A stretch of 64,000 nucleotides of DNA from Octopus bimaculoides (lineage: Eukaryota): NCBI RefSeq assembly GCF_001194135.2, contig NC_068983.1, positions 103,853,205 through 103,917,204 of the forward strand, read 5' to 3'. Positions 10,275 through 23,424 of the stretch are shown in pieces (position 1 is the first letter of the stretch; each line of letters opens with the position of its first letter). The position numbers and the translations under genes are program-made. The notes beneath the pieces are model-generated. The model was not told the DNA's origin, did not search any database, and was given only the letters and a program-made list of their open reading frames with translations.

Positions 10275-11411
10275 CCTTTTAACATTTAAACTGGGCATAG
10301 GAAGTCATATCAAAAAGTTCATGGACTAATTCTTTAGTTCACCAACAGATGGCAGCACATGGTTGCATATGCATAGTGAGCTAGCAGTGACCTTCATGAG
10401 GTAGTGGGCCAAATGACGTCACTGTGTTTAGTTTACAAGTTGTGAAATTTGTGTTTTTGTGATCATGTCCATGCTGTGGTATGTGATCTTGTCATGGACA
10501 CATGGACAGGAAGGAACAATGAGCCAACATGAAAATTTGCATCAAACTTGAGGAGTCTGCTACAGAGACATTGAGCACGCTTTGCAAGCTTACAGTAACA
10601 AGACAACGGGTCGTATGCCATGTTTCAAGTGGCACAGGCACTTCAAAAGCAGAAGAATGTTCCTGGAAGATGATGAACAATCTGGAAGGCCTACCACAAG
10701 TGTCACCCCCGAAAATGTGGTATTGTGCATTGAGAATTCTTCCCCCAGGACCTGACCATCAATTGAGAGTTCTACTGTGGTGGTTTGAAGCATTTGAGGG
10801 AGGACATTTGACAAAAGCAACCAGAACTGTGGAACGCAAATAATTGGATTCTTCACCAAGTTCTCTTCACTTGTGAGTTCTCACCAAAAACAACATGGTA
10901 TCACGTCCACACCCACCCTATTCACTAGATTTAGCACCTGCAGACTGATATCTCTTCCCCAAGATGAAAATGTAGCTCAAAGGTCACCATTTTAACACCA
11001 TTGTCATGATCCAGAGCAAATTTCTGAAGATCCTCAACTTGCTTACGGAAAACAACTTCCAGGCCAGATTTCAAAAGTGGCAAGACCACTGGGACTGGTG
11101 TATTGCTGCACAAGGTGACTATTCTAAAGGAGATGATGTTAAAACTCAGATAAATAAGTAATTTTTTATTAAACATTACTAGTCTGGGAACCTTTTGATA
11201 CCACCTCATATGAAGCCAAAATATTCCACTTATTTTATGTTCAAACTGATCAGATCCAGTCTCTCATACCTGCCCTATAATGTCATTGTAAAAAAAAAAC
11301 AAACTTATCACATCATCAAAATCTCGAAACTCTGAAATGGTCCATGATTAATTCAAAGCAATGGGAATAAAGAAGCATGACATTTGACAGAGTAATCTGA
11401 ATTCTAAAGGG
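10275..11411 (-). mobile_element. piggyBac-type MITE (TTAA TSD) interrupted by a mariner element
   Basis: TTAA|CCTTTTAACATT at 10271 and AATTCTAAAGGG|TTAA at 11412; body 11211-11411 matches the reverse complement of 50405-50612. Confidence 0.7.
10298..11210 (+). mobile_element. Internally deleted mariner-family transposon
   Basis: TA-flanked imperfect TIRs (ATCAAAAAGTTCATGGACTA / TAGTCTGGGAACCTTTTGAT); transposase N-terminus MKICIKLEESATETLS...WHRHFKS...LEDDEQSGRP and C-terminus ...FQKWQDHWDWCIAAQGDYSKG. Confidence 0.8.
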
Positions 11412-11611
11412 TTAAGTTACTCTTATCACTTCTCTGCACTCAGTAATTACTACTGATACCAATTAATATTGAAAGTAATCCCTGATATTTTGTATATTGT
11501 TTTCCTTTGTTTTAATCAGCAACACATTTTCATAATTAGAGAATATGTTACTAGCTCCCTGAGAATATTAACATTAACGGAGTACCTTTCAATCTTTAAC
11601 TATTTAATATA

Positions 11612-11669
<58 letters not shown>

Positions 11670-11682
11670 TGCATACACACAT

Positions 11683-11728
<46 letters not shown>

Positions 11729-12152
11729 GTTCATATACTTAATCTATGTGTGTTAAACGCTTTGAAGCTGTAGTACTCCATTCAGAAGAGACCCCCTTTA
11801 AAGATTAAATGTGTTAAAAAACACATGTATTTCAGAGCTTCTTGAAATAATATCAATCCAGAAGTGAATGAGAGAGAGAGAGAGAGACAACTATTGATAT
11901 TTCATGGTTATTTCTGCTCTTCGGTGTCATACATTCCTCCACCTCTGAAATGCTATACCTCAGACAGCTAGAGGTATGTATAGAAACAGCGTAAAAACTA
12001 TTCACTGGGATACAAAAGCGTTGAATAATGAAAACAAATTGCAAATTTTAACTTTGAAGCAGTTTAATACAATAAATATGTGATATTGGTAATGCTTACA
12101 TTACTAAGCTGCTTCAAACATAAAATCTGAATACATGTATGTGTGTGTGTGT

Positions 12153-12223
<71 letters not shown>

Positions 12224-12233
12224 NNNNNNNNNN

Positions 12234-12296
<63 letters not shown>

Positions 12297-12301
<5 letters not shown>

Positions 12302-12700
12302 TAAGTAGCTTGCTTACCAACCACATGGTTCTGGGTTCATTCCCACTGCGTGGCACCTTGGGCAAGTGTCTTCTACTATAGTCTCAGGCCGGCCAGAGCC
12401 TTGTGAGTGGATTTGGTAGACGGAAAACTGAAAGAAGCCTGTCATATATATGTATATATATATATGTGTGTGTATATGTTTGTGTGTCTGTGTTTGTGTC
12501 CCCTCACCAACATCGCTTGACAACCGATACTGGTGTGTTTACGTCCCTGTAGCATTAGCGGTTCTGCAAAAGAGACAGATAGAATAAGTACTTGGCTTAC
12601 AAAGAATATGTTCTGGGGTCGATTTGCTCAACTAAAGGCGGTGCTCCAGCATGGCCACAGTCGAATGACTGAAACAAGTAAAAGAGAAAAAGTGTAAAAG
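12297..12700 (+). mobile_element. SINE-B
   Basis: TGGTAAGTAGCTTGCTTACCAACCACATGGTTCTGGGTTCATTCCC...CATGGCCACAGTCGAATGACTGAAACAAGTAAAAGAG. Confidence 0.9.
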
Positions 12701-12711
12701 TATATATATGT

Positions 12712-12980
12712 GAAGGCATGTGACCTAGTGGTTACACTGTTTCACTCACAATCTAGCGATCATGGGTTCAAATTCCCAGACTGGGTGCATATTGTGTTCT
12801 TGAGCAAAACACTTCATTTCATGTTGCTCCAGTCCCCTTTCGATCAAGGTGGAATGTTCGCCTGCTCACCTAGCCAGTGGGATGGCATTATTTGATGGCT
12901 GAAACAATGCAAAACAATATTGTGACAAGTGATGTTTAACAGCACCTGATAGTCTGGTCGGTCACATGATCATGTGATAC
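12712..12980 (+). mobile_element. SINE-A variant (CORE-like head, alternative tail)
   Basis: TGACCTAGTGG / GGTTCAAATTCCC boxes, GTGTTCTTGAGCAAAACACTTCATTTCATGTTGCTCCAGTC, then a tail unlike 713-1035. Confidence 0.7.
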
Positions 12981-13013
12981 ACACACACACACATATTCTT
13001 TTATTCTTTTACT

Positions 13014-13084
<71 letters not shown>

Positions 13085-13089
<5 letters not shown>

Positions 13090-13235
13090 ACAGACTTCAT
13101 TGAGTTTCCATCTACCAAATCCACTTACAAAGTATTGGTCAAGGCTATAGTAGAAAATACTTGCCCAAGGTGCTGCACAGTGGGACCGAACTCAGAACCA
13201 TGTAGTTGGGAAGCAAGCTCCTTACCACACAGTCA
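13085..13235 (-). mobile_element. SINE-B 5' half
   Basis: CTACCAAATCCACTTACAAAG...ACTTGCCCAAGGTGCTGCACAGTGGGACCGAACTC...CCACACAGTCA. Confidence 0.8.
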
Positions 13236-13243
13236 TGTCTGTA

Positions 13244-13298
<55 letters not shown>

Positions 13299-13479
13299 TA
13301 TAAAACACATCTACATGCCCAAAATATGGAAAAATATTAATACAATTTCTTGTAAATTGATTATTGATATCCTACACAACTGACAGTGATAATATCTATA
13401 TGAATGTAAAAGAAGAAAAAAGAGGGAAAAGAAAAAGAAAGAAAAAGAAAAGAGTTAAAATGTGCAATAAAAAATGATA

Positions 13480-13826
13480 GAATTCTTCCTAGTATTTTTC
13501 CAGGTGATAAAATAAAACTGACATATATATATAAGAAAGTGAATGACGTAGGAAAATTCCACTGCTTGAAGACAAGGAAAAAAGTGTATGAATAATTGGC
13601 TGATAGGTGGGAGCATAAACCTCTACATGACAAATATGTGGCCCATAGCTCATGTAGACCAGAAGCACACCCATCAGTGGTTACGGAGTTCTGGGCTAAA
13701 GGCAGAGAGTGACTGTTTCATCATAGTTGTTCAAGATCAAAGCTTATTGACCTGGAATTACCAAGTCAATGTGATGAAAAATGGAGTAAACCCAAAGTGT
13801 TGATTCTGCAATAAGAATCTACCTTC

Positions 13827-13865
<39 letters not shown>

Positions 13866-14119
13866 GTAACAGTGGATCACCTAATCTCTGAATGTAAAGT
13901 TTTTGCACGAGTGGTGTATAAATCAAGACATGACAGTGTTGGCCAATATCTACACTGGTTAATACATTGGCATTATAAAATCAAAACTGCTGACAAATAG
14001 TGTAAGTACCACCCTGAGGCTGTAACTGCGGGAGAAAATGTAACAATTCTTTGGGACTTACCAATACATACAGACAGAACCATCAAAGCCAATAAACCAG
14101 ATATTGTTGTGAAAGACCA
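13480..14119 (+). pseudogene. R4/Dong-like (restriction-like endonuclease) non-LTR element remnant
   Basis: THQWLRSSGLKAESDCFIIVVQDQSLLTWNYQVNVMKNGVNPKC*FC...VDHLISEC...ADK*CKYHPEAVTAGENVTILWDLPIHTDRTIKANKPDIVVKD; (AAT)n inserted in the zinc knuckle. Confidence 0.9.
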
Positions 14120-14592
14120 NNNNNNNNNNNNNNNNNNNNNNNNNNNNNNNNNNNNNNNNNNNNNNNNNNNNNNNNNNNNNNNNNNNNNNNNNNNNNNNNN
14201 NNNNNNNNNNNNNNNNNNNNNNNNNNNNNNNNNNNNNNNNNNNNNNNNNNNNNNNNNNNNNNNNNNNNNNNNNNNNNNNNNNNNNNNNNNNNNNNNNNNN
14301 NNNNNNNNNNNNNNNNNNNNNNNNNNNNNNNNNNNNNNNNNNNNNNNNNNNNNNNNNNNNNNNNNNNNNNNNNNNNNNNNNNNCGCTGTGAATTTTTTTC
14401 TTTTTTCTTTTTCTTTCATTCTTTTTTCTTTTTTATCTTTTTTTTATCTTTTTCTATGACATGATTTCATAAATAAACAATCTGGTGTGTTTCTTTTAAT
14501 GGCCTACCAATGTATACAGTGAGTTTCTTTGCCCTAGGTGTCGGGAAGGCACTCAACAAAAAAATGGGAACAAAATAGAAAGAAGAAAATCT

Positions 14593-14650
<58 letters not shown>

Positions 14651-14664
14651 CAACAACACTAATA

Positions 14665-15360
14665 ATAGTCCCTTTTATTATAGGCACAAGCCTGAAATTT
14701 GAGGAAAGGCACTAAGTTAATTACACTGACCCCAATACTCAACTGGGACTTGCTTTATCAATCCTGAAAAGATGAAAGGCAGTCAGCCTCAGTGGAATTT
14801 GAACTCAGAATGTAAAGCCAGAAGAAATTCTGCTGAGTGTTTTACCCAACATACTAACAGTTTTAGTCGCTCACCACCTTAATGATGATGATGGTGATAA
14901 TAATAATAATAATAATCCTTTCTACCATAAGCACAAGGCCTGAAATTTGGCGGTAGGGGGCCAGTCGATTAAATTGACCCCACTATGCAACTGGTACTTA
15001 ATTTATCAACTCCGAAAGGATGAGAGGCAAAGTTGACTTTGGTGGAATTTGAACTCGGAACATGAAGATAGATGAAATACCGCTAAGCATTTCACCCAAC
15101 ATGCTAACAATTCTGCTAGCTTTCTTCCTTGATAATAATAATAGCAACAATAATCCTTTCTATTATAGGCACAAGGCCTGAAGCTTTGGAGGAGAGAACT
15201 AGTCGATTGCATCAACCCCAGAATTTTACTGGTACTTAATTTATCGACCCCAAAAGGATGATAGGCAAAGTTAACCTCAGCGGAATATGAACTCAAAACG
15301 TAGCAATGGACAAAATACCACTAAGCATTTCATTCAGCATGCTAACGACTCTGCTACCTT
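14665..15360 (-). mobile_element. Three head-to-tail SINE-C copies separated by (AAT)n
   Basis: Repeated ACTGGTACTTAATTTATCGACCCC.AAAGGATGA.AGGCAAAGT...GGAATTTGAACTC; units about 14665-14880, 14915-15130, 15150-15360. Confidence 0.85.
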
Positions 15361-15361
15361 C

Positions 15362-15415
<54 letters not shown>

Positions 15416-15820
15416 TAAAAGATGGGTTACAGCAAATATTCTGCTTAATACCACAGATTTGCTTGTCAGTTATTTGACCGTAACCATTTGAGCATGTCCC
15501 TTAGTGGCTGATGATATGTGCATCCCTCATCATGAGCAGAAGTATTGGGGAGCATCATAGCCATATGTTGAGAGGTATTCNNNNNNNNNNNNNNNNNNNN
15601 NNNNNNNNNNNNNNNNNNNNNNNNNNNNNNNNNNNNNNNNNNNNNNNNNNNNNNNNNNNNNNNNNNNNNNNNNNNNNNNNNNNNNNNNNNNNNNNNNNNN
15701 NNNNNNNNNNNNNNNNNNNNNNNNNNNNNNNNNNNNNNNNNNNNNNNNNNNNNNNNNNNNNNNNNNNNNNNNNNNNNNNNNNNNNNNNNNNNNNNNNNNN
15801 NNNNNNNNNNNGCTACCTTC

Positions 15821-15869
<49 letters not shown>

Positions 15870-15874
<5 letters not shown>

Positions 15875-16327
15875 TAAAAGATGGGTTACAGCAAATATTC
15901 TGCTTAATACCACAGATTTGCTTGTCAGTTATTTGACCGTAACCATTTGAGCATGTCCCTTAGTGGCTGATGATATGTGCATCCCTCATCATGAGCAGAA
16001 GTATTGGGGAGCATCATAGCCATATGTTGAGAGGTATTCTTTTGGGATTTGGATAATTCCCCTTTGGAAACATGGGTGTTTCATTCAACATCCTTAAACA
16101 ACCCTTATTCAGGGACTGGGCTACTCGACCTGAAGAAAATTCTAACTGGGTCTCACCTGCAAGGTCATGCACTGTTTATCTTGATATGAGATCACCATGT
16201 TGGGCACATATGGTTGTGTTGCATGTGCCTGGTGTACCCTTATCAGATGAGTAGCCATGATGGGTATACTGGGCTTCGTATATTTTACCCTAGTGTCACT
16301 TTGATAGCATGCACTGCTCTCTCACTC

Positions 16328-16365
<38 letters not shown>

Positions 16366-16372
16366 CAATAAC
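15870..16372 (+). mobile_element. Dispersed retroposon-like repeat ending in (AAT)n (family F)
   Basis: Second copy on the minus strand at about 18590-18765; first ~225 bp also duplicated at 15355-15580 across the gap. Confidence 0.6.
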
Positions 16373-16449
16373 AACGACAACAATAATAATCATAATAATA
16401 ATAATTGCATAGGATCAAAGCTTCCCCACTAGAAACCACCAAAAACAAA

Positions 16450-17150
16450 TAATGAAAAAAATACAATGAGTAACTTCAAAATATGTGGTAGTAAAAAGAA
16501 ACAATAAATCATATTGTTTTTGGCTGCCCAGTCCTTGCCAAGAAGTGATACATCCACCGACATGACAGAGTTGAGACTTAGATATGCAGGAAGCTGTGCC
16601 AGCACTAAGGAATGACAATAGGAAAAAGATGGTATAGGCATACCCCAGAAAAGGTCTCAGAAAATGACAAAGCAACTATGCTCTGACATATGTCAATGCA
16701 CACAAATAGAGAGATCAAGGCTAATATGCTAGATATTGCTGTCAGGAGTGACTAAGAAAAATAAGCCTTCTAACTGACATCTCAGTCCCAACAGATGACA
16801 ATGTATCTCTAAAAGAAATGGAGAAACTCCTGAAATACAAGATCTGGAAATAGAGAATGTAGTGGGTGGGGGGATAAAGATAAAAATAATCCCTATAATA
16901 AGTGTATTAGGCATGATTAAAAAACATACTGAGAAATACATGATTGAAAACATACAGAGAAAATATCAGGACTTACAAATGTATATAACATGCAGAAAAT
17001 AGTACTGCTAGGTACCATACATATCCTATGTAAAGCATTTTCAATCCAATAAAAATAACAACACTAAAACAAACCATAGCACAAACCCAAGGCACACAAA
17101 TGTGCACTCGGTAGTGCAGTGAAAACACATGTTAAAAATAAGACTACTGA
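16450..17150 (+). pseudogene. R4/Dong-like element 3' end (zinc knuckle, PD-(D/E)xK nuclease, 3' UTR)
   Basis: ETINHIVFGCPVLAKK*YIHRHDRV...WYRHTPEKVSENDKATML*HMSMHTNREIKANMLDIAV...TDISVPTDDNVSLKEMEKLLKY. Confidence 0.85.
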
Positions 17151-17269
17151 ATGATGATGATGATGACGACAAGAATGGCAACGACGACGACAACAATGAT
17201 AATGATGACGACGATGGTGGTAGTGATGAAGGTGGTGGTGGTGGTGGAATTCAGTTTTCTTAAGTGTGA

Positions 17270-17800
17270 TACTCTTGCCATGAAGAGAAGCGAATTGTTT
17301 GAGAAAGAAAGAATTGAGCTTCCTGCAGGTGAGAATATAAAACAAAGGAAATTAATAAGGAAGCTAAGAACAAATATTTAGGAGTTCTGGAAGCTGATAG
17401 CATAAAAGACAAAACCAAATGAAGCACACACTGAAAAATGAAAGAAGAAAGTCCAAAAAAATATATATATAAAGAAAAGGAAAGAAGAAAAGAGATATCA
17501 AAATTACACCTGAACACTAAAAACTGCCTCTGTCTCAAGCTTCCTATACAGGGCAGGCACCATCAACTGGAACACCCAAGAACTACTGAATATTGCTAGG
17601 AAGACTAGAAAGTTGCTGATGATATATGATATGCTTTAGAAAAAATATGAAATGCTGTGATGATGGAAGAGGTTTGATAAGTGTGGAAGATTGTGTAGTG
17701 ATGAAAGAACAATGTCTGTGCAAGTATGTGTCAGAAAGTAATGAAAAAGTATTGAGGGCTATGAGAAAAATGGAAGGAATAATAATTAATGCCATGAAAG
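17270..17800 (+). pseudogene. R4/Dong-like RT C-terminal fragment
   Basis: IELPAGENIK...KYLGVLEADSIK...SYRAGTINWNTQELLNIARKTRKLL...DDGRGLISVEDCVVMKEQCLCKYVSESNEKVL. Confidence 0.8.
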
Positions 17801-18041
17801 AGAAAGACGATATCATGGAAGGCAGGAAAGAAATACAGAATAAGAAGAAAAATGCATGGAATTTTCTTCAGGAACACCACATTCAGAAGTATTTAAACTT
17901 GGAACTGGTTTACCCTTTACTATTTAAACCAGTTATATCCAGCTCATATATGAGGGGGGGGGCTGAAAAGTTCCTGGATCTGGGTAAAAGCAAATACAGG
18001 TGGATCAGTTAATTAAGCTGCAGTCCATGCAAACTTTTAAA

Positions 18042-18332
18042 CTAGCTCCCGTGGAGGGCTAATTGGGCCTGTGACCCAAAACTAAAGAGAGCAATTGGAG
18101 TTCTTTTAAAATTTGAATTCTTGACAGTTAGAATATAACAAATCCTTATCCAGACCTGATCCTCATCCAGACCTGATCCCAATCCTGGATGTTCAAGAAC
18201 CGAACAAAGGGCAGATTTTCAATCCCAGGACCATCCTGCTTCTAAAAAGGTATATGCCTATGTAGAACAAATATAGACTGAGATACAGGCGTCATGGACA
18301 GACAGACAGAGTTTCACATTTGTTATAATACG
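18042..18332 (-). mobile_element. Possible degenerate non-autonomous Helitron
   Basis: Minus-strand 5' TATTATAACAAATGTGAAACTCTGTCTGTCTG resembles Helitron 5' ends; CTAG at 18042-18045 with TTGGG(7)CCCAA hairpin nearby; 5' TC not clean. Confidence 0.35.
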
Positions 18333-18829
18333 TCATGAGACAATGAAAGTTGTCAAAAATAATTAGGTAAAAGTTTTATGGAACTTAAAAACTCAGACAA
18401 GAAACTGTTATATTCAAGATTGGATGTTGTTGTGCCATAGAAACTTACTAGAGCTCATATGATAACACTGTGTAACACATTTTTTCTCCCTGAGTAGCAA
18501 CTGTTATTTCTTTTCTGCTTACCCCTAGAAAGTATGAAAAATGGCTAATATTTCCTTCAACTTAGCTTTTGTTACATTTATTCAAATTTTCAAAAATTCC
18601 TCTCAACACATGGCTATGATGCTTCCCTACTACTCCTGCTCATGATCAGAGATGCACATATTGTCAGCTACTAATGGACATGCTCAAGTTGTTAAGGTCA
18701 GGCAACTGACAAGCAAAACAGTGGTATTGAGCAGAATATTTGCTATAATGATATTTCTGCTTCAAAAAGTCAGAGTTGAATTTGTCTGAAATGTAATGGA
18801 AAATAGGTCAGTTTCAAATTATTGATGTC

Positions 18830-19230
18830 CAGGTTCCAAAAGTAAAGCTTGAAGGGAATAGTAGTCATTTCCTTTGATTTCTAGATAGAAGCAAATAAGA
18901 AATAACACTTACTGACCAAAGACAAAATAAAATGAAAAATTCTGTTACACAGTCAAATAGTTCATTTGATACCAAAGAGATAGAAAAGGATAAGAAATTT
19001 AAGAAATACCAGGACCTAAAGCAGGAATTTAGAAGGCTTTGAAATTGCAGGAGGTAAAGGTAATTTCTGTTATAATAGGTTCACTAAGCACAGAACCTGA
19101 AAATGTCTCCAAAATGGTTTTCTATAATCAGTGTAACAATTACATATGAGGCACTACAGGAACAATTTCTCCTCACTACACTTAAAATCTCATAATATGT
19201 CTGGAATATTTGAAGACATAGGGCACAGCT
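18830..19230 (+). pseudogene. Old R4/Dong-like nuclease-domain fragment
   Basis: EKDKKFKKYQDLKQEFRRL*NCR..VKVISVIIGSLSTEP. Confidence 0.65.
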
Positions 19231-19318
19231 TGATGTTCAATGAACAAAACTGGTAAAACCACTAGCATTATTCCTGCATGACATATATACAAACATTACT
19301 AGATGCTCACACACTTAA

Positions 19319-19379
<61 letters not shown>

Positions 19380-19472
19380 CAGACAGTAAGAAAGAAAAGG
19401 AAGAGGGAAGGAGAGGGAGAGAGAGGGCAGCGTTATACATACATACAAACATAACAAAATGCTCACACACAT

Positions 19473-19514
<42 letters not shown>

Positions 19515-19759
19515 CACATAAACAAGCATAATTGTTGCATGAATAGATAAAGATGGTGGTGGTGGTGCTGTTGCTGCTGCAGTGGGAGTAGTTTCTAATA
19601 TAAGCATAAGGCTAGCAATTTTGAGAGGATGAAGGTTAGTCAATTCCATTGAATCTAGTTCTTGATTGATACATTATTTTATTTACCCTGAAAGCTGAAA
19701 AGAAAAGTTAACTTTGCAGGATTTGAACTCAAAATTCAAAGATCTTGAATAAACATCAC

Positions 19760-20560
19760 TGTGACAGAGAAAGTGGTCAGAGGTACCAAGGAGCGGATAT
19801 AGTGAGTGACTAACAAAGGTTGATGGTAAATTTGAGAGGATGTTCAGGGGAAAGGGGCATTCAGTGCAAAATTAAGTAATAAGGTATGATATTGAGGATT
19901 GCAGGATGGGTGACAAAAGGAAGTGGTTGAAAGGAAAGAGATAGTTGGTAACACAAAAGGGGAATAAAATATATGTAGTTCTGCTCTGATATAATTATAA
20001 TAACTGAGTAAATGGTGCCACAGTTAGAAGAGGTGGGATGGGTGTTAGAGTAATAGAGAAGGTTTTACAGGGACAGATTAGATATGTGTGGTGTGGTGGG
20101 GGTAGACATAAGCAGTATGCTTTTGTGACCTTATTTTCTGCTGCAATGGAAGAGTCTTTTTGAGTACAGAGAATCTCCTATTGCTTCAGTCTTCTATCAT
20201 CTTCTTCATGAGATGCAACATCCTGAGGCTGGTCTTCACTATTTCATTCCCCATCTTCCTCAGGGTCCGTCCGCATTTAGTGATTAGCACTTCTTTATGC
20301 GGCTGTCCTCATCCATATGCATCACATGACCATACCAGCACAGTCTTTTCCCTTGCACACTATATCTGATGCATTTTGTGCCCAGTCGTTCTCTCAACTC
20401 ATTTGTAATTTGTCATACATGCACACTGACAAAGCACATTCAGCAGAGCATGTGAGGTTCATTTCTTTCTAGTCTTCACATATTCTCTGAATTCTTGGTC
20501 TACATTATACTACCATGTAGCATTGCAGTTCATACATAAGCATCATGCAGCCTGCTTTTC
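19760..20560 (-). mobile_element. RTE LINE 3' end plus pyrimidine-rich 3' UTR
   Basis: 20120-20560 translates on minus as ...LRERLGTKCIRYSVQGKRLCWYGHVMHMDEDSRIKKC...; 19760-20115 homologous to 1042-1400. Confidence 0.8.
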
Positions 20561-20934
20561 ACTCTGAGCATTTATCGTATTTATTTGTATATAAGGCAGT
20601 CCTGACTCCATTTACTGACATTGCTACCATGTTAGCTGTATCATAAGTATTCCTACTATTACAATTTGGCTGTAATTAATGTTTTTCATTGCGGTTTACA
20701 TCTCCTTCATTAGTATTTAGATCCGTATGTTCGCTAGATCCAGTAGGTGGGTAATTGAACCTTTGTTGCATTTTGCTATTGTTTATGCGATGCATAAGCT
20801 GCTCTAAATTAGCAGAGTTAGTATAGGTTACCTTCACTGTGAGTCGATTAAAAATAGCATGATACCAATTAGACTGAGAGAGAGAGAGAGAGCTCTGAGA
20901 GTTTCCATCTACCAAATTACACTCACATGGTTTA

Positions 20935-21272
20935 TCTAGGCGAGAAGACTCCACCTTGATCATGAATGACCATGGGGTTGCACCTAGAAAGTTACCCTCC
21001 AAGACACAAGTCCAAGCAAGATTGTTTATGGAAAACCAACAATCGCCCATGCATACTAGCCTCCCCTCTCCATGCCACTAATGTTATCCAAAGGTTGATG
21101 CAGCTTGGCACCAGTGACATCACAACTCATTTCTACAGCTGAGTGAAGTGGAGCAACATGAAATAAAGTGTCTTGCCCAAGAGCACAACACACAGCCTAG
21201 TCCAGGAACTGAACTCACTACCTTGTGATTGTGAGCCCGATGCTCTAACCACTGAACCATGCATTTTCACTA
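20935..21272 (-). mobile_element. SINE-A variant (third tail type)
   Basis: CAGCTGAGTGAAGTGGAGCAACATGAAATAAAGTGTCTTGCCCAAGAGCAC...CTCTAACCACTGAACCATGC; tail distinct from the other SINE-A copies. Confidence 0.7.
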
Positions 21273-21623
21273 TGGTTTACCTAAGGTTTTAGTAATAGAT
21301 ACTAGCCTAAAGTATCACAGAGTGGAATTGAACTCAGAACCACCTGGTTGCAAAGCAAACTTTTGAACCACCCATCCATTTTCATATCTATTACTAATGT
21401 ATTACTGAAGAAGGATGAAACGGAGTCATGCATTTTTTGTAAGTTCTTGGCAAATGAAATGGCAAGTTGGTTTCTATTCCCAGTAGAAACCACTTGACTT
21501 CTCTCTTACATAGCTGATTGATGTATGAGAAAAACTGCACAAGTATCATCTCCTCATTACACTTCTTATGTAATTAGGTGGGGAAAAAACCTTTACATTT
21601 ATTATTAATTCTCTTATCTACAT

Positions 21624-21659
<36 letters not shown>

Positions 21660-21947
21660 CACCACTACTACCGCCACCACTGCCGCTACTACTACTTCTA
21701 CTGCTACTACTACTTCTACTGCTACTACTACTACTACTGATTGTATGCACATCTAATCTTTTAGCAGATATGTGTGTATGTGTGTAAATATATTTATATG
21801 TATATCTATCTATATTTACACACACACATACACACACAAACACACGCACATATGTGTGTTCATAGATGTATGTATGTGTCTCCGTGAATGCACATACATA
21901 TATATGTGTGCATTCGCAGACGCACACACACGCACACATATATATAG

Positions 21948-23120
21948 ATTAGGTCGTTAAGTATAAAATTTGTAGAAAAGAAAAAAGTTTGCTAATGTTT
22001 TATAAATACAAGGAATAGTTTTATTCATCGAAGTATGCACCCATATTGTCAATACACTTTTGCCATTTCAGTGGTAGCTTGTCCAGCCCAGAACTGTAAA
22101 AGCCTGGCAATCTGGAGCAAAAAAATCTTGGAAGACCTATTTTACAGCATCATCAGAATTAATTTTTTTTCCTATCAAAAAGTTATCCAAATTCTGGAAG
22201 AAGTGGTAGTCAGTGGGGGAAAGATCAGGTGAGTATGGTGGATGATGGAGAACTTCCAACTCCAACTCCTGTAGTTTTGCCAATGTTATTTTTATGATGT
22301 GTGGTCTGGCGTTGTCTTGCAATAAAATAGGAGTGGATCTGTTGACTAATCTAGGCTGTTTTTTTGTAAGTTTCTACATCGTTTGGTCCAGTTGGCTGTG
22401 ATTGATGAGCCAGGTTTAATGAAATCATAATGGATCACACCTGTGTCAGTCCACCAAACACTCACCATCAGCTTCTTTTGATGAATTTTGCTTTTTGAAC
22501 TGTGTTTTGGTGGCTCATCTTTGTCCAACCATTGTACTGAACATTTACGGTTGTTGTATTGCATCCATTTCTCATCACATGTTACAATTCAATTAAAAAA
22601 ATGATTCATTTTTGTGACAAGAAAGTAGCATAATGCAGGCTTCCAAACGTTGCCATTTCTGATTATCATTGAGTTCATGTGGAACCCACTTATCCAAATT
22701 TTTCACTTTACTGATTTGAACTAGGTGAATCAATATTGTTTGCTTGCTAACACCAAACAACAACAATAATTCACTGGCACTTTGAGATGGTTCTAATTTG
22801 ACGGTGGCTTTCAGTTTGTCATTATCCCCCTCTGTTTCTGGTCGACTGTGTTGCTCATTTGTGAGGTCAAAGTTACTAGAATGAAATTTTGCAAACCAAT
22901 TTACTGACTGTTGTGTAATAATATTAGAATGAAATATTCCATTAATTTTCCGAGCTGTCTGTGATGCTGTATTTCCAAGAAAGAACTCATATTTCAAAAA
23001 TGTATGAATTTTCAACTTATCCATTTCTAAACAAAAACAGCAAAAAACGATTTGTAAATACTTTATAAAGCACAAAATGAGTTAGAAAAAAGAAATTGAT
23101 GTGTCAGCTTTCTTACATAA
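21948..23120 (-). pseudogene. Mariner (D,D34D; Hsmar1/cecropia-like) transposon fossil
   Basis: MDKLKIHTFLKYEF...KWVPHELNDNQKWQRLEAC; YNNRKCSVQWLDKDEPPK...QKKLMVSVWW; QDNARPH...HPPYSPDLSPTDYHFF; split into three ORFs; only one TIR recognisable. Confidence 0.92.
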
Positions 23121-23375
23121 AATAAAGATTGTCAAAATGTAATAATGGCTAATTTGAGTATCTTTCAACTATTATTTTTATTAATGACACTTCGTGTACC
23201 TTGAATTATAATTAATAATTAATTATAAATTTATAAATTTGCCTTTTTGGCTTTAATGCTTGCTGACCACTTATATTATTATTCTTATTATTCATCAATA
23301 ATAATAATAATGATAATAATAATCATAATATCTTTATTTATTTACACACACAAACATACACACATGTATATATAG

Positions 23376-23424
<49 letters not shown>

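Noticed and set aside
15355-16040. Exact ~225-bp direct repeat either side of the 15581-15811 gap (similarly 8880-8995)
   Set aside because: Identical sequence abutting an N gap is the typical signature of unmerged contig overlap.
17948-18040. Tiny mariner-like MITE (TATGAGGGGGGGGCTGAAAAGTTCCTGG)
   Set aside because: Only one TIR-like end is convincing; the putative right end overlaps the Helitron-like CTAG.
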